A stretch of 64,000 nt of DNA from the NCBI GenBank assembly GCA_963842525.1, contig CAWJGT010000034.1, positions 672,001 to 736,000 of the forward strand. Direction: 5' to 3'. The notes under the pieces were generated by a model. The model worked only from the letters and a program-made list of their open reading frames with translations, did not search any database and was not told the DNA's origin. The translations under genes were made by a program, and so were the position numbers. This stretch comes from an uncultured Holophagales bacterium. Lineage in GTDB: Bacteria > Acidobacteriota > Thermoanaerobaculia > Multivoradales > UBA5704. Position 1 is the first letter of the stretch, and each line of letters starts with the position of its first letter. Shown one piece after another: positions 1-7,370 of this stretch.

Positions 1-106
1 GGACCAGCAGCGTTTCGTCGAGCTGTTGCTCGATCCACCCGCGCCCGTCCCGGCGTTGGAGCGCGCCAAACGTGCTCACGCCAAGCTGATCCGCCAAGCG
101 CGGTGA
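1..106 (+). CDS. 3' end of a DUF1778 (TacA-like) ribbon-helix-helix antitoxin, partial
   Basis: Frame 2 reads DQQRFVELLLDPPAPVPALERAKRAHAKLIRQAR* (TGA 104-106). This resembles the 'F..LL..PP.P..AL.RA' C-terminus of DUF1778 antitoxins. The stop overlaps a GTG (GTGA), as in TA operons. Confidence 0.65.
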   Translation, partial: DQQRFVELLLDPPAPVPALERAKRAHAKLIRQAR

Positions 107-186
107 CCGGCTCCCTCGCTATCCGTCTGTCCCCGTTGCGCGCCTCGGCCGCCTCGCGCCGCCCAGGCCTCCGCGATAAATCAACC

Positions 187-2358
187 CTACTTCAGCATGA
201 ACACCGGCTTCGGATACTCCTTCACGCACGAGGGGTCGAGCCCCTGGACCGAGGCGCGGTCGTAGAACTTCTGGATCAGCTCTTCCGTGCACCGGCCCGC
301 TCCGCCGTGGGAGCCCTTGGGTACGACCACGTGGAGGCTGTTGGGCAGGGTCTTCGCCACGAGCTCGGCAAACTCGGGCGGCGTCACCGGGTCCCACTCG
401 CCCGAGATCAGAAGGACGGGGACGTCCGAGCGGACCAACTCGTGCACATCCGCCGGCACCGCGCCCCGGGGCCAGACCTCGCAGACCGCCTTCTGCGAGG
501 CGACCCGGTAGTCGCCGAGGAGCGTCCCCGCCGTCTCCCGCCGGGTCATCTCGTCCGTGATGAACGGCAGGTCCTCGGCGCAGGTCACCGAGAAATTCAG
601 TCCCATGTCGAGGGCGTTGTCGAGGTCCAGCCGGCGCTCGATCGACATCTGGACGATCGGTGTGAGGTCGCCCTGGAACGCACGGTGGATCTGGAGCGGG
701 AGGGAGCCCCCTCCCTGGCCGTACATGAGGAAGCGAATGCCCTCGGCCACCAGCCCGCGGGACGGCCGGACCTGGATCCGCTCGCCGGTCCGCGTGTCCG
801 TCACCGGGACCGGCTCCCCCTTCTCCGCCCGCACGAGCACGGCATCGAGCTCACGGCGCACGTCGGGGAAGGCAGCATTGCATGCCGCATCGGCCCGGCA
901 CTCGGCCAGGAGCGCCTCGATCGCCCGCTTGCCAGCGTAGGCGTGGGGTAGCGGGATGAGCTTGGAGACCGGCGCTACGGCCACGATCACCACGCTCCGC
1001 ACGGTCTGCGGGTGGCGGCGCAGGTAGACCTGGGCCATTCGCGTGCCGTACGAGCCGCCCCACAGGTTGATCTTGTCGTAGCCGAGCCAGGCGCGGACCT
1101 CGTCGAAGTCGTCGGCGGCGAGCGCCGTGGTGTAGAGGCCCAGGTCGGCCACCTTCTCCAGCCGCGCACGGCACTTCTTCACCTCGTCCACAGGGAACAC
1201 GTCCCCGCCGGCCTTTTGGTAGTCGAGCGGCTCGCCATAGAGCTGGCAGTCGAGCGGGTTCGAGCGGCCGGTGCCCCGCTGGTCGATCAGCACGATGTCC
1301 CGCGTCTGCCGCAAGGGCGCTTCCCGGTCAAAGCCGGGAGCGATCGAAGTGATCCCTTCGCCCGGGCCGCCGCCAAAGAAGATGATGGGATCCGCCACCC
1401 GCTCCTTGCCCGCCGCGGGCAGGACGACGACGTTCAATCCGATCTTGCGCCCCTTCTTCCCCTCGCGGTCTTCCCAAACGGCGTAGGTGGCGCACCGGAC
1501 CTCCTCGTCCAGACCGGGCACGCGGCAGGGGTGGGAGGCCACGGTCTTCGCTTCGACCGGCCCGTCATCGGGAGCGGTGCCGGGAGCGGTGCCGAGCCGC
1601 GCCGTCCGGAGCTTCTCCCAGCCGGCCCGGTCGGACGCCTCGACGCCTTCCAGGCGGAGAGCGAATTTCCGCGCCTCCCCTTCTCCGGACTCATTCGGCC
1701 GCGTGAGCTCCAATTCCCGGAGGTCCCCTTCCGGGCCGATCCATACGAAGCCCGCCTCGTCCTGGCCGCGGGCGATCCTGTACTTGCGGGAGCGCGTGCC
1801 GCTCCGGTCCTCCTCGCCGACAAAGGAGATGGTGAAGGGCCCGTCGAAGCGCACCGGCGCCTGGCCCGGCGCGAAGATCGGCGTCGCGAGGCTTACCTCG
1901 AAGCTCTCTTTGGAATCGGCCCTCTGCCGGAAGACCGGGGCGAGCGCCGGGAAGGACTGGTAGAACGTCCAGGGGCCAGGAGGCCGCGCGACCGTCTCGG
2001 CCGGGCGCCCCGTGGGGAAGAACTCCACGCGAGCCTGCTCCGGCCCGGTCGCCTCGACCCGCACGACCAAGGTCTTCTCCCGGGCATTCACCTCCCACAC
2101 GTCGCTGACCTTGGAGCTCGTCCCGTCCAGAGTCTGCACGTTCAGGGTCGCATTCCGGCTCCCCTGGTCCAGGCTGAATTGCTCGATCCGATCCTTCTCG
2201 AAATAGACCCAGACATCCGCGACCTGGGAGCCATCCGCTCCGCTGTGGACGTAGTGGTAGATCTTCCCCGTTTGAGCCAGGGCCGCCGCCGTGGGGATGG
2301 CCGTGGCCAGGAGCGTCAGCAGGGCGGCGTTGAGGAACTTCGGGGTGATTCTTCGCAT
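187..2358 (-). CDS. Secreted alpha/beta-hydrolase (peptidase S33 / TAP-like) with an extra N-terminal domain
   Basis: ATG at 2358 with a GGAGG RBS. Signal-peptide-like MRRITPKFLNAALLTLLATAIPTAAALAQ. Motifs GGGPG, DQRGTGRS, nucleophile GGSYG, SGEWDPVTPP (Asp) and GSHGG (His). The ORF-track start at 2541 lacks these signals. Confidence 0.85.
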   Translation of the reverse strand: MRRITPKFLNAALLTLLATAIPTAAALAQTGKIYHYVHSGADGSQVADVWVYFEKDRIEQFSLDQGSRNATLNVQTLDGTSSKVSDVWEVNAREKTLVVRVEATGPEQARVEFFPTGRPAETVARPPGPWTFYQSFPALAPVFRQRADSKESFEVSLATPIFAPGQAPVRFDGPFTISFVGEEDRSGTRSRKYRIARGQDEAGFVWIGPEGDLRELELTRPNESGEGEARKFALRLEGVEASDRAGWEKLRTARLGTAPGTAPDDGPVEAKTVASHPCRVPGLDEEVRCATYAVWEDREGKKGRKIGLNVVVLPAAGKERVADPIIFFGGGPGEGITSIAPGFDREAPLRQTRDIVLIDQRGTGRSNPLDCQLYGEPLDYQKAGGDVFPVDEVKKCRARLEKVADLGLYTTALAADDFDEVRAWLGYDKINLWGGSYGTRMAQVYLRRHPQTVRSVVIVAVAPVSKLIPLPHAYAGKRAIEALLAECRADAACNAAFPDVRRELDAVLVRAEKGEPVPVTDTRTGERIQVRPSRGLVAEGIRFLMYGQGGGSLPLQIHRAFQGDLTPIVQMSIERRLDLDNALDMGLNFSVTCAEDLPFITDEMTRRETAGTLLGDYRVASQKAVCEVWPRGAVPADVHELVRSDVPVLLISGEWDPVTPPEFAELVAKTLPNSLHVVVPKGSHGGAGRCTEELIQKFYDRASVQGLDPSCVKEYPKPVFMLK

Positions 2359-2780
2359 CGGGCAGGCTCCTCCATAGTGGGTCTTACTACTACGAAGGTA
2401 GTTATCGTTGGGTTGCACGGAACGGAAGGTGCTCGACGTTGGTCTTGTCGCCCGATCTTTGGCAATCCCACCCCAGCGTCGGCCCCGCCTCAGCCTGCCG
2501 CTCAAAAAGCTAACTCCTTGAATGGTCGCAACTTGGGTCACTTCGCCAAGTCTCCCCCGGCACTGGCACCTTCCTCAGCCGTCGACTTTGTACCGATCAT
2601 CGGTACAAATCCCTTCACCGCTCGCGCTGTCTATCTCTCATGGTTTGTGTGACTTACGCCCAGGGATGAGTCTCCTGCCGATTTGGGGTCTTGCGCTCAT
2701 GGCGTCAACCTGCTCGCAGAAGAGCCGGTGCTTGGGCGTCAATTTCGGCGCTCAAGCGCAAGGCTCAAAGGAGAACGAGC

Positions 2781-3152
2781 ATGGCTCGAGAGACGACGAA
2801 CGTGGGGAAGCTGGGCGGCCTACAGAGGTTCCGCGACGCCCTGAGCACCAACCGCGAGATTCTGCCGCACCTCGAGGGCAGCCGCACCCAGTACGATACG
2901 ATGGTGATCAGGGCTCTGGAGTTGGCGAACCGTCAGGGGGTCTTGACGGCAGAGAAGCAGGAGACCTCGAAGCAACTCAGGGAGACACTGGACGAGGCGG
3001 AGCGCTTGGCCACCGTGCTGCGCCTGGCAGTGAAGCAGCATTTCGGCATCCGCGCCGAGAAGCTGGCCGAGTTCAACCTCCAGCCGTTCCGCGGCCGTAA
3101 AAAGCCCGCCTCCCTTCCCATCCCTCCGCCTGAGTCAGAGCCCACCCCGTAG
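2781..3152 (+). CDS. Small (123 aa) helical hypothetical protein with a basic/Pro-rich tail
   Basis: AAGGAGA RBS before ATG 2781. Sequence MARETTNVGKLGGLQRFRDAL...AVKQHFGIRAEKLAEFNLQPFRGRKKPASLPIPPPESEPTP, followed by a terminator-like hairpin. Confidence 0.8.
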   Translation: MARETTNVGKLGGLQRFRDALSTNREILPHLEGSRTQYDTMVIRALELANRQGVLTAEKQETSKQLRETLDEAERLATVLRLAVKQHFGIRAEKLAEFNLQPFRGRKKPASLPIPPPESEPTP

Positions 3153-3160
3153 TCCCCCCC

Positions 3161-3197
3161 GGCCCGGAGGCGTGCCCGTGCGCGTCTCCGGCCTTTT
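3161..3197 (+). terminator. Probable intrinsic terminator
   Basis: CCGGAGGCGTGC-ccgt-GCGCGTCTCCGG forms a 12-bp stem (two G-U pairs), followed by CCTTTT, just after the stop at 3152. Confidence 0.6.
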
Positions 3198-3258
3198 CTC
3201 CCGCCGTCCCGCCGCCCCAAGCTTCTCGGACTCGACGGAGCGCCTCCAACGTCGCACT

Positions 3259-3704
3259 GCAAGCTTCTCTGGCCCGTCACAAGCTTCTCTGCGCCATTGC
3301 AAGCTTCCCTGGCCCGACGGAAGCTTCCAACGGCTCGTGGCAAGCTTCCCTCGACCACTGCAAGCTTCTCTGGCGGGCCGCAAGCTTCCCTGGCCCGTCG
3401 CACGCTTCTCTGCGCCATCGCAAGCTTCCCTGGGCCGTTTGAAGCTTGCAACGGCTCATGGCAAGCTTCCCTGGATCATTGCAAGCTTCTCTGGCTCGTC
3501 ACAAGCTTCGCTATGCCCTGGCAAGCTTCCCTGCGCCGCCTGAAGCTTGCAACGGCTCATGGCAAGCTTCCCTGGACCACTGCAACCTTCCCTGGCCCGT
3601 CACAAGCTTCTCTGCGTCATTGTAGGCTTCCGTGGCCCGACGGAAGCTTCTCTGGTCCGAGGGAAGCTTCCCTACGCCGTCGCAAGCTTCTCTGGCCCGA
3701 GCTT
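3259..3704. repeat. Non-coding tandem array, 20-bp period, palindromic AAGCTT core, 22 units
   Basis: Cores at 3261, 3281, 3301, 3321, 3342, 3362, 3382, 3402*, 3422, 3442, 3463, 3483, 3503, 3523, 3543, 3564, 3584*, 3604, 3624*, 3644, 3664, 3684 (* = one mismatch). Consensus is roughly (G)CAAGCTTCYCTG plus 7-8 variable nt. An isolated core lies at 3219. Confidence 0.95.
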
Positions 3705-4175
3705 ACTCATGACCACCGCGGGCGAGGCAGGCCTCCTGCAGGCGCTCGTAAAGCCGCGGCTCGATATTGCAGGAATCCGCCGCGAAGAGCAGCGAGCGCT
3801 GGCCGAGCCGGCAGACATAGGCGAGCTTGCTCCGGATGTCGAGATCCGCGTGCTCACCGAGGAAGGGGAGCCCCGTGATCTCCGCGCCCGCCAGTTGCAC
3901 GGTCTCCATCTCGGACATCTTGTAGACGTTCGTGAAGCCGATCTGCCGGAGCAGCAGCTTGAGAGAAGGGTCCTGCAGCTCTCCGCTCTGGCTGATCAGC
4001 GACAGCATCAGGCTCTGTGCCGAGGGCTCGTAGTAGGGGCTGCGATAGAGGAGCGGCTCGATGAGCCCGAACGAAGGCTGATTGTTGAGGTCGTAGACGA
4101 GCTCCACATAACCGCGCAGCCGTTCCGGGACGCGGGAATACAGAGGTTCCACGAGTAGCCCTTGGCCTCCTGGAT
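3703..4175 (-). pseudogene. Fragment of a CmlA-like diiron (metallo-beta-lactamase fold) NRPS beta-hydroxylase
   Basis: QEAKGYS/(frame break)/EPLYSRVPERLRGYVELVYDLNNQPSF..EPLLYRSPYY resembles the CmlA N-terminal region. It is joined directly to LQDPSLKLLL..GLPFLGEHADLDIRSK..AADSCNIEPRLY (C-terminal MBL part). No HxHxDH, no start, truncated at both ends. Confidence 0.7.
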
Positions 4176-4318
4176 GTCACGCATCCCGTGACCTCGCACA
4201 CCATTAGACTTGTAAGAGGCCTCATGGTCACCGACCTCCCAGTTGTCGAGGCTCTGGTCAGGCATGATGCTGCGCGACCGATGGAAACGCGATTCCAATC
4301 CTCCGCGAGGGAGCTGCC

Positions 4319-5308
4319 ATGGACCTGAGCGTTCTGTTGTCGACCCGTGACCGTGCGCCGCTGCTGGCGGGCGTGCTGGAGCACCTCTACCGCCAGGAGG
4401 GACTCGACGGTGTCCGCTGGGAGGTGCTGGTCGTGGACAACGGCAGCACCGACGGGACGCCGGACGTCCTGGCGCGGTTCGCAGAGCGCCTGCCGCTCGT
4501 CGCGCTGCGCGAGCCCAAGGCCGGCAAGTCCCTCGCCCTGAACCGCGCCCTGGAGAGCGTCCGCGGCGAGCTGCTGGTCTTCACCGACGACGATGTGAAA
4601 CCGGTGCCCCGCTGGCTCGCCGAGTACCTGGCGGCGTCTCGCCGCTGGCCCGACCATGTCCTCTTCGGCGGCCCCATCCTCCCCCTCTATCCGCCCGAGA
4701 TGCCGGGCTGGATGAGGAAGCTGGCGGATAACCGGCCCAACTATGCCGCGCCTGCCTTCGGCCATTTCCTGCTGGACCAGGAGGAGGGGCGGATGAAAGA
4801 GCTGCCATTCGGCGGCAACTGGGCCGTACGGGCACAGGCCATGTCAGGGGTACGCTTCCGCGTAGACATCGGACCGGAGGGGGTCGTGGGAGAGGACACC
4901 GACATCCTGCTGCGGCTGAGCCGCGACCAGTGGGCGCCGATCTACGTGCCCGCGGCCGGGCTGGGGCACGTGATCCGCGCCGATCAGGTCCAGGTGCCGG
5001 CGCTTCTGGGGCGAGCCTATCGCCTCGGCCGCGGTAACCTGCTCGTCTTCTCAGAGACGTTGGGCCTGCCGCTGGAGTCGATCTGGAAGCACCGGCTGCA
5101 ACTGCTGCTCGCCAAGGCGCTCTATCTCTTCGCCTCGCTGCGCGGACCGGCCGCGCGCCTGATTGTCGGGGCGGAGGTCGAGTACCTGCGCGGTTACCTC
5201 TTCGAACGCCGCCGGCTCGTCGCCCGGCGGGCGGCGGCCTCTCGGCCGGCGCCCGCGACCGACGAGACGGAAGCGCCTCGCGGCCCTGCAGGCGCGGCAT
5301 CGAGTTGA
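4319..5308 (+). CDS. Glycosyltransferase family 2 (GT-A fold)
   Basis: MDLSVLLSTRDR, VVDNGSTDGT, GKSLALNRAL, FTDDD (DxD) and GEDTD; GGAG RBS. Confidence 0.92.
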   Translation: MDLSVLLSTRDRAPLLAGVLEHLYRQEGLDGVRWEVLVVDNGSTDGTPDVLARFAERLPLVALREPKAGKSLALNRALESVRGELLVFTDDDVKPVPRWLAEYLAASRRWPDHVLFGGPILPLYPPEMPGWMRKLADNRPNYAAPAFGHFLLDQEEGRMKELPFGGNWAVRAQAMSGVRFRVDIGPEGVVGEDTDILLRLSRDQWAPIYVPAAGLGHVIRADQVQVPALLGRAYRLGRGNLLVFSETLGLPLESIWKHRLQLLLAKALYLFASLRGPAARLIVGAEVEYLRGYLFERRRLVARRAAASRPAPATDETEAPRGPAGAASS

Positions 5309-5315
5309 GAGCCTC

Positions 5316-6281
5316 ATGGATCTGAGCGTTCTGCTGTCGACGCACAACCGCGCGGCGCTGCTGGCGGGGACGCTCGAGCACCTCTGTCGCCAGGAGGGTC
5401 TCGACGGGGTCCGCTGGGAGGTGCTGGCCGTCGACAACGGCAGCACCGACGAGACGCCGGACGTCCTGGCGCGGTTCGCAGAGCGCCTGCCGCTCGTCGC
5501 GCTGCGGGAGCCCAAGCCCGGCAAGTGCCTCGCTCTGAATCGCGCGCTGGAGATCGCCCGCGGCGAGCTGCTGGTGTTCACCGACGACGACGTGGAGCCG
5601 GAGCCCCATTGGCTGGCCAATTTCCTGGCTGCGTACCGCCGCTGGCCCGATCACGCGGTCTTCGGCGGTACCATCATCCCCCGCTATCCTCCCGAGATGC
5701 CGGGCTGGATGAGAAAGCTGGCAGACGAGCAGCCCGCCTACGCCTCCCCCGCCTTCGCCCGTTTCGTCCTGGAGCAGGCGGAGGGACCGATGGACGCCCC
5801 GCCGTTCGGCCCCAACTTCGCCGTCCGGGCGCAGGCCATGGCGGGGCAACGCTTCCGCCTGGACATCGGGCCGGAGGGGGCCGAATACTCTATGGGAGAG
5901 GACACCGACATCCTGCTGCGGCTGACCCGGGGCAAGTCACCCCCGGTGTATGTGCCGTCGGCAGTGGTGGGGCACGTGGTCCGCGCCGACCAGGTCCAGG
6001 TACCGGCGCTCTTGTGGCGGTCCTATTGTCACGGCCGCGGCACCCTGCGCATCTTTACCGACACATTGGGCCTGCCGCTGCCGTCGCTGTGGGGAAACCG
6101 GCTGCAACTGCTGCTCGCCAGGGTCCTCTATCCCTTCGCCTGGCTGCGCGGCCCGGCCGCGCGCCTGCTGGCCGGGGCGGAGATCCAGTACATGCGCGGC
6201 CTCCTCTTCGAACATCACCGCGTCGCCGCCCGGCGAGCGGCCGCCGAGCGAGCTCAGCCCGGCCCAGGGAACCGCGCGTAA
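5316..6281 (+). CDS. Glycosyltransferase family 2, tandem paralog of 4319-5308
   Basis: True start ATG 5316 (MDLSVLLSTHNR). AVDNGSTDET, FTDDD and GEDTD; aligns end to end with the preceding GT2. Confidence 0.92.
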   Translation: MDLSVLLSTHNRAALLAGTLEHLCRQEGLDGVRWEVLAVDNGSTDETPDVLARFAERLPLVALREPKPGKCLALNRALEIARGELLVFTDDDVEPEPHWLANFLAAYRRWPDHAVFGGTIIPRYPPEMPGWMRKLADEQPAYASPAFARFVLEQAEGPMDAPPFGPNFAVRAQAMAGQRFRLDIGPEGAEYSMGEDTDILLRLTRGKSPPVYVPSAVVGHVVRADQVQVPALLWRSYCHGRGTLRIFTDTLGLPLPSLWGNRLQLLLARVLYPFAWLRGPAARLLAGAEIQYMRGLLFEHHRVAARRAAAERAQPGPGNRA

Positions 6282-6386
6282 GCCGGTCCCTGAGCCGCGC
6301 CGGGCTGGAGTTCGGTGAGAGGGGAACAGGGGGGACAATTTGGGGACCGTTGAGGTCCCTACGGCACGGCGTTTCTTCACAGGCTC

Positions 6387-7358
6387 TCAGGCGTCCGTCA
6401 TCGATACCAGGATTTTCCTTGGGCCTTTGAACGGCATACGCCCATGGCAGACCAGCATGTTGTCAACCATCAGGAGGTCACCCTGCTGCCAAGAGAAGAG
6501 ACGGATCTCGCTCTTGGTCGTCTCTCGGACCTCGTCGAGCATCCAGTCCTCGATGGCGTTGTCGTCACCGAACACCGCGTTCTGCGGCATCTGGGTCTCT
6601 CTGCTTTTGTAGAGGGCCTTGAGGGATTGGTAGACCTCGGGCGGATGCGTCGACGGATGGAACTGGTCCGCCTGGTTGAACCACACGGCCTCTCCCGTCT
6701 TGGGGTGCGTCGCCGCCGCCGGCCGGACATGCCACAGCCGGACCCCGCCGTCGGGCTTCCATTCGAGCTGGATGCCCGAGCTCTTGCAGTACTCCTCGAG
6801 GACCGTGCGGTCCTGAGTCTCGAATGTCTTTTGCCAAGAGGGGCCGTAGCCGCGACCCCCATGTAGGTTACGGATGTACTTGACACCTTTCCGGGTGAAC
6901 ACGTCGACCAGCTCGGGACTCATGTTTCTGAGGATCGTCCGGCTGTCGGCCAGTGGCGTTTCTCCCCCCTCCCCGGGCGCGGTGACGCAGCAGAAAAAGA
7001 GCCGCGCGGGCCAGCGCTCCGAATAGGAGAGCTCATTGTGCATCGAGATGAAGAACTCAGGCGGGTATTCCGTGGAGGTGTACACACCGGAAGTGAGCTT
7101 CGTGCGTGGCGAATTGCCATCCACATAGTCGAGCATGCGCCCGGGGAGCGACCTGACCGTCTGCTGAAAAACCTTCTGTTGGATGATCCCGAAGCCCCGG
7201 AACAGGATAGCTCCGTGCTCGAGGAGCTTGCTTTCGATCAGATCGAAGTTTTCCTGATAGTAGCGCAACAACGCTTCCGGACCAGCGCCATCGTCCCGCA
7301 GCGCCTCCACGACGAGCGGCAGCCTCTGCTCCGAAGCGAATAGTTTCATGACACTCAT
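6387..7358 (-). CDS. TauD/TfdA-family Fe(II)/2-oxoglutarate dioxygenase, SyrP-like aminoacyl-PCP beta-hydroxylase
   Basis: HGAILFRGF, VYTSTEYP, MHNELSY (HxE), GGETPLAD, WFNQA and DNMLVCHGR (distal His, Arg). AGGAGG RBS, 12 bp after the stop of the terminal NRPS. Confidence 0.9.
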   Translation of the reverse strand: MSVMKLFASEQRLPLVVEALRDDGAGPEALLRYYQENFDLIESKLLEHGAILFRGFGIIQQKVFQQTVRSLPGRMLDYVDGNSPRTKLTSGVYTSTEYPPEFFISMHNELSYSERWPARLFFCCVTAPGEGGETPLADSRTILRNMSPELVDVFTRKGVKYIRNLHGGRGYGPSWQKTFETQDRTVLEEYCKSSGIQLEWKPDGGVRLWHVRPAAATHPKTGEAVWFNQADQFHPSTHPPEVYQSLKALYKSRETQMPQNAVFGDDNAIEDWMLDEVRETTKSEIRLFSWQQGDLLMVDNMLVCHGRMPFKGPRKILVSMTDA

Positions 7359-7370
7359 GTTTACCTCCTG

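Noticed and set aside
103-951. 282-aa plus-strand ORF as a GNAT toxin
   Set aside because: Almost wholly antisense to the peptidase and lacks an acetyl-CoA-binding motif.
1570-1597. 12-bp tandem repeat GGGAGCGGTGCC
   Set aside because: Encodes the GTAPGTAP interdomain linker; ordinary.
187-2358. ClbP-type D-Asn prodrug peptidase
   Set aside because: Those are S12 beta-lactamase-fold enzymes (SxxK); this protein has an alpha/beta-hydrolase GxSxG motif.
3259-3704. CRISPR array
   Set aside because: Units are only 20 bp, the variable parts are 7-8 nt and recur in a higher-order pattern, and no cas genes are in the window.
2933-3878. ORFs across the array (e.g. 3172-3543, 3297-3878, 2933-3451)
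   Set aside because: The 20-bp period cycles through frames, giving ASF/KLP/QAS patterns; no RBS or protein-like composition.
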